From the NCBI GenBank assembly GCA_036846345.1, contig DAIUCD010000005.1, positions 110,155 to 174,154 on the forward strand: DNA of 64,000 bases, given 5' to 3'. Below are positions 9,410 to 18,595 of this stretch, piece after piece (within the stretch, counting starts at the first letter, position 1; every line of letters starts with the position of its first letter). The notes beneath the pieces were generated by a model, which was not told where the DNA came from, did not search any database, and saw only the letters and a list, made by a program, of their open reading frames with translations. The stretch is from Spirochaetota bacterium. Lineage in GTDB: Bacteria; Spirochaetota; UBA4802; JAGODF01. The translations under genes were made by a program, and so were the position numbers.

Positions 9410-10224
9410 GGAAAAAATGATTTATTATCAGGCCCCTGAGGAAACTGAGGCATGCCCGGGCCCTCTTCTCCATGCATCACCTTCATGTTTCTATAAGGAT
9501 CCGCCTTGGAGGGGGGATGCCTTTCCCATAGTTGATTCATATCTGAACATAATATTTGGTCGTTTTGTCTATATTTATGGGGGGAGAGATGCGGCGGGGT
9601 TAATAAGATGTTCAAAGCATTAAAATTTTGGTTTGGGAATTATCCGGAACTAAAAAAATTTTGTTAGATTTTAAGGCCCACTGAAGAGGGGTTTTTTGCC
9701 TGGGGGGTGTTAACTTCCCGGGTAGTGTATTTTTCATAGAGGCATTCTGTCGAGGAACATTTTGCATTGAAGGGATGGTAATTTCCTAGATATTCAAGGA
9801 GGTGGAGTACATCCCATTGCAACCCGACCCTAAAACCATCCGCCGAAGGCGGATACATGTCGCCTAACTGCAACGCGAAGGGCAGCACTACTGCAGCACT
9901 CAGGCGGGATGCCGTCGGGGTATCGCACTGAACCAAATCCTGCGAAGCAGGTTTGGTGAGTTTAGGCGTCAGGCACTCAGGCGACTGAGGAGAGCGTGGG
10001 GATGTGAAGGAGAGAATTTCGCCTAAAAACTCCTCCTTCGAAAGAGGTTCCTCCTCAGGAACAAGCCCCCCGCCCAGGGGACCAGTAAAGTAAACTCCCT
10101 GAAGTACTTATTGATCAAAGGATTAATCCCCCCAAAAGCAATTGTGCTGAAAATAGAAATCATCCCCCAATGTAATTAAAAAAAGGTTGTACGAAAACCG
10201 AAATCCTGTTTCTACTGTTGACAG

Positions 10225-11046
10225 ATGAAATCACCACCAGTCGAAGATAAGGCATGTATTGATAAAATGAAACCCATAAGAACACTGCCGATCCTACTGA
10301 TAATCCTCCTGGCGGCCTGCGCCACTGTGCCGCCCCCGCCTGTTCCCGAAAGCGAGCAGAGCTCTCTGATCGGCATGGCACTGGTCATCAGCAGCGAGGC
10401 GTATCAGCCGGACAGTCCCTCGGAGGTTCTCTTTATCCGGCTGGAGGAGGGCGATAAATCGTATTTAAGCGTTAATGAGGTCATCAGATCCCATTATGCC
10501 AGAGAGGGGCAGTATTACCTGCTGAACGCGAAGCCCGGGCGTTACATCGCCGTGGCAGCCTGCAGCAGAAGAGGGAAAGGAAAGGGGGACGGCGGGGCAT
10601 CCGCCGTAAAGCAGATGTATTATCTCCCTTTAAAAGTGATGCAGCTTTCCGATGTATCCCTGAAGGAGGGGGAAGCCGCTTTCATGGGCAAATACATGGT
10701 TCATCTGCCCTCCGGGTTTAAATTTTCCACCGGTCTGGCCAATCCGGATGAGGCCCAGTCTTTTTACTGCAAACGGTTCCAGCCGGATCAGCTCGTTCCC
10801 GGCACGGACGGCTATATCAAGGGGGTAATAAAGGGTATCGTCCGCCGAGAAGGAGACGCCGCCCATGCCGTTAAGCTTCAGGAATCTCATAAAGATGCCA
10901 AAAGCGAAATGGAATTCTGGCAAAAGGCCAAGGATCATTTCCGGGGGGATTCCCGGCAGAGAAAGGAATACGGGGATATCGTAGAGAAGAACCAGGTCTG
11001 GCTGAAGATCATCGACCGGCATCTGGATAAACTGAAAGGTCGATAA
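10225..11046 (+). CDS. lipoprotein of unknown function (alternative start at 10267)
   Basis: Signal peptide with lipobox LLAAC; no recognisable enzymatic motif. Confidence 0.6.
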   Translation: MKSPPVEDKACIDKMKPIRTLPILLIILLAACATVPPPPVPESEQSSLIGMALVISSEAYQPDSPSEVLFIRLEEGDKSYLSVNEVIRSHYAREGQYYLLNAKPGRYIAVAACSRRGKGKGDGGASAVKQMYYLPLKVMQLSDVSLKEGEAAFMGKYMVHLPSGFKFSTGLANPDEAQSFYCKRFQPDQLVPGTDGYIKGVIKGIVRREGDAAHAVKLQESHKDAKSEMEFWQKAKDHFRGDSRQRKEYGDIVEKNQVWLKIIDRHLDKLKGR

Positions 11047-11360
11047 CAGAGGATTTCACACGGCTTCCTGTCTCAAGCGGGATCTGATCAATCGGGGCGG
11101 CGGATTCGGCTTGAGGATCCCTCTAGCGGTTCATTAGGCCTGTACGGCGCCGTATGAATGCCGCGCCAACCCCTGGCCTCATAAGGATTCCCTGAAGGAG
11201 CAGCTTTCCCGCCGGATGAAAAAGTAATGGCATAAACATCCCCCCTCCCTTAGGATTGAACCCGGTCAGGACCATGAAAAGGCAAAAGGACAGGAAAGCC
11301 GGGACTGCCCCGGAGTGTTTGGAAGACCGTTCCTGCCGTAGGGGGAGGGATATATAAACA

Positions 11361-12443
11361 ATGGAAGCCCTTATCGGCATCGGAATTGGAATCACCTATT
11401 TCGGATTCGGGCTATGTCTTCTGCAGGCCCTGGAGCGGATACTGGAATCGCGCCGATGGGCGGTGCCGAGGGTTTTCTTCTATATTTTCAACAGCATCAT
11501 CATACTGGGGACAGGGCTCATTGCCGACGGGGTACCTCTTCGGGAGCCGGCCGCGCTGATCCTCTTCCCATCGTCCCTGGTGATCATCGGACCGCTTAAC
11601 CTCTTTTATTATCACTCGCTGCTCTATCCGGCCCGGCCCATCCCGTACCGTACCTGGCTTCATATGGTTCCCTTCCTGTTCAGCCTGGCCGCGGAGATAT
11701 GGTTTCAGGGGCAGACCCTGTCCTTCCGGCGGGAGTTCCTGGCGGCCTTTTTTCGTGATCCCGCGGGGCACGGCATGTTCTGGCCTCTCACGCTCATGGC
11801 CCTCCATGTGCTCGTCTATATGATCTATATCGCCAAGGTGTTTCTTATGGATCTGGGCTTCCGAAGTTCCCGCAGGGAATTCCGTTTCATCGGGTCCATC
11901 GGCGTATCGGTGCTCTTCGTCATCGCCCTGCTGTATACAGGGGTCGTTCGATCATCACCCCTCCTCTTTATTGCCGGGGGTGTCCTAAATGTGATGATCC
12001 ATGTCTACATCTATCTGGGGACACGGCTGTTCCCCCAGTTCTTTTCCTCGCTTAAAATCACCCTGGAAAAAAAGGGCTACGAGCGGTCCATGCTCTCCGG
12101 GCTCAACAAGGAGCTGATCGGACGGAAACTGATGAAGCTGATGGAGGAGGACAGGCTCTTCCTAGACTGTGACATCAGCCTGGCCTCGGTGGCCCGAGAG
12201 CTGTCTCTCACGCCTCATCAGCTGTCGGAGCTTCTGAACGGGCACCTGAAGACGGGCTTTAACGATTTCATCAACCGCTACCGGGTGGAAGAGGCCCGGA
12301 GGCTTCTCAGGGAAGGTCATGAGGCCAATATTACCTCCATCTGTTACCGGGTCGGATTTAACTCCAAATCCACCTTTAATGCGGCCTTCAAGCGGATCAC
12401 GGGATGCACACCCCGGGATTATCGGGAGATGCCTGCGGAGTAA
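11361..12443 (+). CDS. AraC-family transcriptional regulator with N-terminal multi-pass membrane domain
   Basis: ~230 aa hydrophobic N-terminal segment with several predicted TM helices, then C-terminal AraC HTH (ICYRVGFNSKSTFNAAFKRITGCTPRDYR). Confidence 0.85.
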   Translation: MEALIGIGIGITYFGFGLCLLQALERILESRRWAVPRVFFYIFNSIIILGTGLIADGVPLREPAALILFPSSLVIIGPLNLFYYHSLLYPARPIPYRTWLHMVPFLFSLAAEIWFQGQTLSFRREFLAAFFRDPAGHGMFWPLTLMALHVLVYMIYIAKVFLMDLGFRSSRREFRFIGSIGVSVLFVIALLYTGVVRSSPLLFIAGGVLNVMIHVYIYLGTRLFPQFFSSLKITLEKKGYERSMLSGLNKELIGRKLMKLMEEDRLFLDCDISLASVARELSLTPHQLSELLNGHLKTGFNDFINRYRVEEARRLLREGHEANITSICYRVGFNSKSTFNAAFKRITGCTPRDYREMPAE

Positions 12444-12566
12444 GTCCGGGAATTTGTGCGGATTTATAAGATCGGTCGACAGGTCCCTCGAGAAATGATA
12501 CATTCCTCTTGCGGTCACGAGGATTTCCCTTCCGCCGCGACGATATCAACGACAAGGAGTCATCCC

Positions 12567-13157
12567 ATGATGTTTCCGTCAATTTCCGGGGAGGAGAGCG
12601 CCTTCCTCAAATCCCTGCGCCTGCCGCCGGTGTCCCAGATCGGGATCATCGTGCCGGACCTGGCCAGAGCGGCCCGTTATTACGGCCTTCTGCTCAATAT
12701 CAAGAGATGGTATCATCCGCCAATCCGTGAAGCCGAGTGTGCCTACCGGGGAAAGCCCGTGGATCAGAGCCTGGAGATCGCGGTGGGATACAGCGGTGGG
12801 ATTCAAATCGAACTGATTCATCAGGAGTGCTCGGAGGAGAATATCTATAACGCCTTGCTCGGCAGGGGGGGCGGGGGCCTCCACCACCTGGGGGTGTCAG
12901 TGGGGGATATCGACCGACGGATGAAACTTCTCACGGGGGCCGGCCTTCGCCCTCTGCAGAGCGGGGTGATCCGTTTCGGCCGGGGTGGGGTGACCCGGTA
13001 TGTCTATCTGGATACCCGGGAACAGGCGGGCTTCATCCTGGAGCTGATCGAAACCCGGGCCTTCGGAATCAACCTGGGAATGCCGGAATGGGTCATGCGC
13101 CTGGGATTGCTCACAGGGGACACGGTGCCCCTGAAGATCCCCTCACAGGAGCAATGA
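12567..13157 (+). CDS. VOC (glyoxalase/bleomycin-resistance/dioxygenase) family protein
   Basis: Start chosen at the internal ATG after an AGGAG RBS; IGIIVPDLARAARYY and HHLGVSVGDIDRRMKLL paired beta-alpha-beta-beta-beta motifs. Confidence 0.65.
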   Translation: MMFPSISGEESAFLKSLRLPPVSQIGIIVPDLARAARYYGLLLNIKRWYHPPIREAECAYRGKPVDQSLEIAVGYSGGIQIELIHQECSEENIYNALLGRGGGGLHHLGVSVGDIDRRMKLLTGAGLRPLQSGVIRFGRGGVTRYVYLDTREQAGFILELIETRAFGINLGMPEWVMRLGLLTGDTVPLKIPSQEQ

Positions 13158-13158
13158 G

Positions 13159-14142
13159 ATGAAAATTCTGGTAACCGGCGCAACGGGATTCATCGGCTCC
13201 GTTCTCGTAAGGGAGCTTGCGGCAAAAGGGAATACGGTCAGGGCCCTGGCGTTGGCGGGAGAGAACACGTCCCTTCTGGATCGGGCGGGGATTGAGGTCC
13301 GGCGGGGCGATTTGAACGTCCGGGGAAGCCTCCGGGGGATATGTGACGGTATCGATGTCATCTTCCACTGCGCCGCCCGGGTGACCGACTGGGGCACAAA
13401 ACGGCAGTTTTATCGGGCTATTCTGGATGCGACCCAAAACCTTCTCGATGAGGCCCGGGGCCAGGCGTGCCGCTTTGTATATGTCAGCTCCATCGCGGCC
13501 CTGGGCATGGGGCGACATCTCAGGGGGGCAAAGGAGTCCGATGCTCCGCAATGGTCAGGAGTCCCGTACAACGATGCCAAAGCGGACACCGAGAGGCTCG
13601 TCCGGGAATTTCATGACCGTGGGGATATCTCCTGTACCGTTGTCCGCCCTGCCAATGTGACCGGGCCGGGGAGTGTCTGGGTAAGGGATATCCTGGACCA
13701 TATGAGCGGCTTCCTTGGTCTGCCGCTTATCGACGGGGGCCGTTACAGCTCCAGCTTCGTCTATGTGGATAGCCTGGTGGACGGCATGATACGGGCGGGC
13801 ACCCGGGAGAAAGCCGCCGGGAAGACCTACCATTTCCGCGATGACTGGAAGGTTTCCTGGGAAAAATACCTGAAGGACCTGGGGGCCTTTATCGGGAAGA
13901 GACCCCGGGGAAATTACCCCTTCCGCCTGGCATGGGGGATGGGGATGATCATGGAAAGGATCTGCAATCCTCTGCACCTGCGACCGTCAGTTACCCGGCT
14001 GGCGGTGGGAGTCATGGGCAGGGATAACGATGTGGATACGTCGCTGGCGAAAGCCGATCTGGAATGGAACACGACGACTCCCTACGAGGAAGCGCTGGAA
14101 AAAACGGGTCAATGGATACGGAGCCTATACAGGGTTCCGTGA
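13159..14142 (+). CDS. NAD-dependent epimerase/dehydratase family (SDR-extended) protein
   Basis: MKILVTGATGFIGSVLVREL Rossmann motif; start overlaps the upstream stop (ATGA). Confidence 0.85.
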   Translation: MKILVTGATGFIGSVLVRELAAKGNTVRALALAGENTSLLDRAGIEVRRGDLNVRGSLRGICDGIDVIFHCAARVTDWGTKRQFYRAILDATQNLLDEARGQACRFVYVSSIAALGMGRHLRGAKESDAPQWSGVPYNDAKADTERLVREFHDRGDISCTVVRPANVTGPGSVWVRDILDHMSGFLGLPLIDGGRYSSSFVYVDSLVDGMIRAGTREKAAGKTYHFRDDWKVSWEKYLKDLGAFIGKRPRGNYPFRLAWGMGMIMERICNPLHLRPSVTRLAVGVMGRDNDVDTSLAKADLEWNTTTPYEEALEKTGQWIRSLYRVP

Positions 14143-14182
14143 TGTATAGGCAGAGCGGGAAATATCAATCAAGGAGACGGTT

Positions 14183-14548
14183 ATGAGGTTCTCGATCTTG
14201 TTATTTGTGCTGTACCGCATTCTCAGAAGGGCCGCCAGAAAAAACCGGGCTTACGGGAATTACATCGGTTCCATACACAGCGTCCGGATCATGATCAAGA
14301 CGGAAAAGGGCGGCCGGGGTCGGCTTTTTCTCTTCGACAGGGGAACGGTGACGAGCCGGCGGGGAAGCGGCCATGCCTATGACGCTGCGATTGTATGGGC
14401 CGATGCCGGAACCGCCTTTCGGGTGATGTCCTCCCGGAGCGACGAGGCGGCCTTTCTGGCGGCTGCGGCGGGGAAGATGAAGCTCGACGGCATGGCCTTC
14501 TTCGCCCAGTGGTTCAACGACGGGGTTAAAATCGCCATGCCCGGTTAA
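14183..14548 (+). CDS. SCP2 sterol-carrier-like domain protein
   Basis: C-terminal AAAAGKMKLDGMAFFAQ resembles the SCP2 signature; 121 aa. Confidence 0.65.
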   Translation: MRFSILLFVLYRILRRAARKNRAYGNYIGSIHSVRIMIKTEKGGRGRLFLFDRGTVTSRRGSGHAYDAAIVWADAGTAFRVMSSRSDEAAFLAAAAGKMKLDGMAFFAQWFNDGVKIAMPG

Positions 14549-14655
14549 GCCCTAAAGGCGGTTGAGAGGGGGATGTTTATGATAACAACGAAAAACCCGC
14601 AGGGCCGGGACGATTGTTTCGAAAACGATATCACGCTTAGTGAAGGAGGATGAAT

Positions 14656-16329
14656 ATGGCAGCGATCAACGGAGGACATCTGGTTGGAAAGTACCTCAGG
14701 GAGGTGGAGAAGGTCGATATCGTTTTCGGCCTCTCGGGGGGGCATATTGAATCGATACTCGACGGATTCACTGAGTACGACATTCGGACTATAGACGTCC
14801 GTCACGAACAGGCGGCGGCTATGATGGCCCACGCCTGGTCAGTCTATACTGGAAGGACTGGTGTCTGCTTCGTGACGGCGGGGCCCGGTTTTACCAACGC
14901 GCTGACAGGGATAGCCAACGCTTATCTGGATAACGCGCCGATGGTCGTGCTCTGCGGGAGACACCCTCTTCGCGATGACCTGAAGGGAGCCCTCCAGGAA
15001 ATCAACCAGATCGACATGGTGAAACCCGTAGTCAAATGGGCAGCTACCTGCTATGATACCCGGAGGATCCCCGAGTACCTGTCCATCGCCTTCCGGCAGG
15101 CCGTGGAGGGACGGCCCGGACCGGTTTTCCTCGAACTGCCCCCGGATATCCTCAATATCACGGTGGAGGAGGCCGGGGTTCCCATGCCCGTACGTCCGGC
15201 ACGCCGGTACACGGTGCATCCCGATGACAGTGATCTCTCTGCTGCGGCGGATCTGATCAACAGCGCCCGCAAGCCCTTCTTCGTCGGAGGTACCGGAGTG
15301 GGCTTCAGCGTCTGCGGTTCCTGCCTGGCCGGGTTTATGGAAAAGACGGGAATGCCTTTTCAACTGCTCAATTACGGGAGGGGTGAGCTTCCTGACAAGC
15401 ATCCGCTCTCCCTTACCGAAACAGGCAGCATTGGGCTCATGACATCGATTCAGCAGGCCGATGTCATCGTTGCCGCCGGTCTCCGGTTCAACTGGATACT
15501 GCAGTCCGGGGCGATCATTCCTCCTTCAGCCAAGGTGGTACGGATCGATATCGATCCCCATGAAATAGACCGTAACCGCATGGCGGACGTCGGTCTTGTG
15601 GGAGACGTCGGATCGGTCCTCTCCCAGCTCACACCGCTGTTGAACCAGAGGGATCACAGCGGATGGATCGAAACGCTGAGAGCGGCGTCGAGTTCCCTGC
15701 TGGATTACGAAATCCGCATGAGGGCTAATCCCTCCGATCCCATTCATCCCCTGAGGCTCGTAGCCCGAATACAGGAATTTGCCGGAGAGGATGCGCTCTA
15801 CATCGCCGATGGCGGCGACACGGTCTATTTTGGCATAACGGGTTTTTCCTCCCGTCATCGGGCTGGGGTCATCGGGACCGCTTCGGGTCTGCTGGGATGC
15901 CTGGGTACGGGAATCCCCTTCGCCATGGCAGCCAAGCTCGCCAGGCCCGAGAGGAAAGTGATCCTCCTGAACGGCGACGGGTCCATGGGATTCAATGCCA
16001 TGGAATTCGATACTATGGTTCGTCACAATATCCCGATCGTCTGTGTCGTCAATAACGACTGCGCCTGGGGAATGATCAAACACAGCCAGGAACTCTCTCT
16101 GGGCAAGGAGCGTCTTCAATGTTCCGAGCTGGGCCTCCGGCATTATGAGAAGATGGTGGAGGGACTGGGGGGATACGGCGAGCTGGTGACCAGCGACGAT
16201 GAGATCGTGCCGGCGCTGGAAAGGGCTGTGGCTTCGGGGAAACCCGCCTGTATCAACGTGATCACTGATCCCACGGTCACCAGTCCTGCCACGCCGCTGT
16301 TCTATCAGTCCCTCAAGATGGACCAGTGA
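14656..16329 (+). CDS. thiamine-diphosphate-dependent enzyme (acetolactate synthase / oxalyl-CoA decarboxylase / 2-hydroxyacyl-CoA lyase superfamily)
   Basis: RHEQAAAMMA (Pyr domain), ThDP-binding GDGSMGFNAMEFDTMVRHNIPIVCVVNNDCAWGMI; start at the ATG 6 nt after AGGAGG. Confidence 0.85.
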   Translation: MAAINGGHLVGKYLREVEKVDIVFGLSGGHIESILDGFTEYDIRTIDVRHEQAAAMMAHAWSVYTGRTGVCFVTAGPGFTNALTGIANAYLDNAPMVVLCGRHPLRDDLKGALQEINQIDMVKPVVKWAATCYDTRRIPEYLSIAFRQAVEGRPGPVFLELPPDILNITVEEAGVPMPVRPARRYTVHPDDSDLSAAADLINSARKPFFVGGTGVGFSVCGSCLAGFMEKTGMPFQLLNYGRGELPDKHPLSLTETGSIGLMTSIQQADVIVAAGLRFNWILQSGAIIPPSAKVVRIDIDPHEIDRNRMADVGLVGDVGSVLSQLTPLLNQRDHSGWIETLRAASSSLLDYEIRMRANPSDPIHPLRLVARIQEFAGEDALYIADGGDTVYFGITGFSSRHRAGVIGTASGLLGCLGTGIPFAMAAKLARPERKVILLNGDGSMGFNAMEFDTMVRHNIPIVCVVNNDCAWGMIKHSQELSLGKERLQCSELGLRHYEKMVEGLGGYGELVTSDDEIVPALERAVASGKPACINVITDPTVTSPATPLFYQSLKMDQ

Positions 16330-16347
16330 TTCGGGTCAAGGGGGGAT

Positions 16348-17562
16348 ATGAAAGCGCTGATACTGCATGCCGAGCCCTGGCGTTACGGGCTTCTTCAGGG
16401 ACTGAGAGCTTTGAGCACGAAATTCTGCTATACCGGCCCGCTTTCCTCGTTGAAACTGGCAGATGTTCCGGAACCGGCGCTACCCTCTCCGGAATGGCTC
16501 AGGATCAGGACCCGGCTTTGCGGCTTCTGTGGCAGCGACCTGAACCTGATCCTGATGAAGGATTCCCCCACCGCTATGCCCTTCACCTCCTTCCCCTGCG
16601 TGCCCGGCCATGAGATCTGCGGCCAGATCGTCGAAAAAGGGCGCGAGGCAGGTGATTTTAAGCCGGGGGATCTGGTTGTCGTATCCCCCCAGCTCAACTG
16701 CGAAACCCGGGGCATCCATCCCTCCTGTTCCAGCTGCGCCGGCGGACACACCTCCAACTGCGAAAACTATGCTGAGGGCAGCCTGGCACCGGGACTGTTT
16801 ACGGGCATATGCCGGGACATCAACGGGGGATTTGCCCCTTACCTGGTGGCTCATCGAAGCCAGCTCTTCCGTGTCCCGGCCGGGACGACACCGGAATCGG
16901 CAGTTCTCACCGAACCCCTGGCCGTAGCCCTTCAGGCGGTGCTGGACAACCGGCCGCACGATGAGGAAAGTATTCTGGTAATCGGAGGTGGTGTGATCGG
17001 CCTCCTGGTGGTCCGGGTCATCCGGTCCCTGGGCTGTCAATGCCGCATTACCGTCGCAGATCCGTCCTCCCTTGCGACGGAGTATGCCGTTAACAGCGGG
17101 GCGGATAAGGTCATTTCCGGGAATATCATCGATGCAGCCGTGGAGATTACGGGGGGGCGCACCTATAAACCCCTTCTGGGGGAGCCTATCGTGATGGGGG
17201 GATTTCACCGCATCTACGATACCGTGGGATCCCGGCAGACCCTTCACCGCGCCATGCGGATTCTGGCAACGGCGGGCGTCCTCTCCGTGCTGGGCATAGG
17301 GGGGCATGTGAAACTTGACCTGACGCCGCTATGGCTTAAGTTGCAGTCCATACGAGGCTGCTACGGGTACGGGTGGCATAAGACCGGCAGGACTATGAAT
17401 CCCGTTTTCGGGATGGCCCTGGATATGATAGCCTGGAAAAAAGTTTCCGTAATGGATATGCTGACTCATACCTATCCCCTGGAGGAATATCGAACCCTGA
17501 TAGATGTAAATCTCAATAAAGGGAAGAACCGTGCCATGAAAACGGCGTTTCTATTTGATTAA
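16348..17562 (+). CDS. zinc-dependent alcohol dehydrogenase (MDR family)
   Basis: GHEICGQIVEKG zinc-ligand motif, GGGVIGLLVV Rossmann motif. Confidence 0.85.
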   Translation: MKALILHAEPWRYGLLQGLRALSTKFCYTGPLSSLKLADVPEPALPSPEWLRIRTRLCGFCGSDLNLILMKDSPTAMPFTSFPCVPGHEICGQIVEKGREAGDFKPGDLVVVSPQLNCETRGIHPSCSSCAGGHTSNCENYAEGSLAPGLFTGICRDINGGFAPYLVAHRSQLFRVPAGTTPESAVLTEPLAVALQAVLDNRPHDEESILVIGGGVIGLLVVRVIRSLGCQCRITVADPSSLATEYAVNSGADKVISGNIIDAAVEITGGRTYKPLLGEPIVMGGFHRIYDTVGSRQTLHRAMRILATAGVLSVLGIGGHVKLDLTPLWLKLQSIRGCYGYGWHKTGRTMNPVFGMALDMIAWKKVSVMDMLTHTYPLEEYRTLIDVNLNKGKNRAMKTAFLFD

Positions 17563-17606
17563 ACCCTGATACCAGTTTGTCCTCCCAATAAAATTATAAA
17601 AAAATG

Positions 17607-17635
17607 AATAATATGGTTGACTTTCCCCTGAAAGT
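17607..17635 (+). promoter_or_regulatory. putative sigma70 promoter (TTGACT -35; weak TTTATT -10)
   Basis: ttgactttcccctgaaagtatattttatt upstream of the acyltransferase gene. Confidence 0.3.
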
Positions 17636-17647
17636 ATATTTTATTGA

Positions 17648-17663
17648 TGGATAATATGACTGA
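17648..17663. promoter_or_regulatory. perfect 7-bp-arm inverted repeat GACTGAC-tg-GTCAGTC (candidate operator)
   Basis: Lies between the putative promoter and the start codon at 17699. Confidence 0.4.
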
Positions 17664-17698
17664 CTGGTCAGTCTAATATCGTGTGAAAGGCAGGGGAT

Positions 17699-18532
17699 AT
17701 GATCAACTTCGACGGTATTCAGTCACGGGTTCATTTCGTATCCAGGTACATCACCGAGATGAGGGTCAAGGCTCTTGAGGAGATCAGACCTCTCCGGGAA
17801 AACAAGTTTCTTCTGGGGCTCTATCAGGTTTACAAGTGGATAATCTATATCCCCTTCCTCGTCGTGAGCACGACGGCTCTGGGGACCGCTGCAACGGTGC
17901 TGGCCATCGTCTTCGGCGGCAGGATCGCCTCCCTCATGGGGGTCCTTTGGTCCAAGCTCAACAGCTACATGACACCAATGTTCGTGGATGTCATCGGTAA
18001 AGAGAAAATTGATCGACGCCAGTCCTATGTCATTGTGGCCAATCATCAGAGCCAGTTCGATATCTTCGTCATTTACGGATGGATGCCTGTGGATTTCCGC
18101 TGGGTGATGAAAATTCAGTTGAGGAAGGTGCCTTTCCTGGGCTACAGCTGTTACCGGATCGGGCATGTATTCATCGACCGGTCCCATCCCGATAAGGCCA
18201 AGGCCAGCATCAACGAAGCCAGGGAGCGTATCAAGGGCGGAACCTCCATAATGTTCTTCCCCGAAGGGACCAGGAGCGATGACGGACAGCTCATCGAGTT
18301 TAAGAAGGGAGCCTTCAAGTTTGCCATGGACATGGGTCTGACGGTACTGCCCGTGACCATCGTGGGGACCCGGAATATCCTGCCGGCCAGATCGATGAAA
18401 CTCTTTCCCGGCTATGCCAGGCTCGTCATCCACGATCCCATCGACATCAGGGGTTATACGGAAGAGAACATGGATGAGCTCGTGAGGACAGCACGGTACC
18501 GCATTGATCAGGGTCTTAGGCAGTATTCCTGA
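17699..18532 (+). CDS. plsC: lysophospholipid (1-acyl-sn-glycerol-3-phosphate) acyltransferase, PlsC family
   Basis: NHQSQFD (HX4D) and FPEGTRS motifs; N-terminal TM. Confidence 0.8.
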   Translation: MINFDGIQSRVHFVSRYITEMRVKALEEIRPLRENKFLLGLYQVYKWIIYIPFLVVSTTALGTAATVLAIVFGGRIASLMGVLWSKLNSYMTPMFVDVIGKEKIDRRQSYVIVANHQSQFDIFVIYGWMPVDFRWVMKIQLRKVPFLGYSCYRIGHVFIDRSHPDKAKASINEARERIKGGTSIMFFPEGTRSDDGQLIEFKKGAFKFAMDMGLTVLPVTIVGTRNILPARSMKLFPGYARLVIHDPIDIRGYTEENMDELVRTARYRIDQGLRQYS

Positions 18533-18595
18533 TAGTTGGACATATCTCCCGGCTGACCCGAGGGCTGGCCGGGATTGCCACAATCCCTCTTCCCC

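Noticed and set aside
8679-9623. 314-aa plus-strand ORF overlapping tetR
   Set aside because: Antisense to the TetR gene, which has a clear HTH; it extends through the promoter region; no RBS or motif.
9700-10130. Candidate RNase P RNA / tmRNA / group II intron in the GC-rich intergenic segment
   Set aside because: None of the conserved signature boxes I know (RNase P P4 region, tmRNA tag reading frame/CCA end, intron domain V) could be found. It is retained only as an unclassified structured region in the findings.
14839-17307. Several 187-275-aa minus-strand ORFs inside the ThDP-enzyme and Zn-ADH genes
   Set aside because: Antisense to well-supported enzymes in high-GC DNA; products are Gly/Pro/Arg-rich.
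17723-18583. 286-aa minus-strand ORF opposite the PlsC-like gene
   Set aside because: Antisense to a gene with diagnostic HX4D/FPEGTR motifs; composition-driven open frame.
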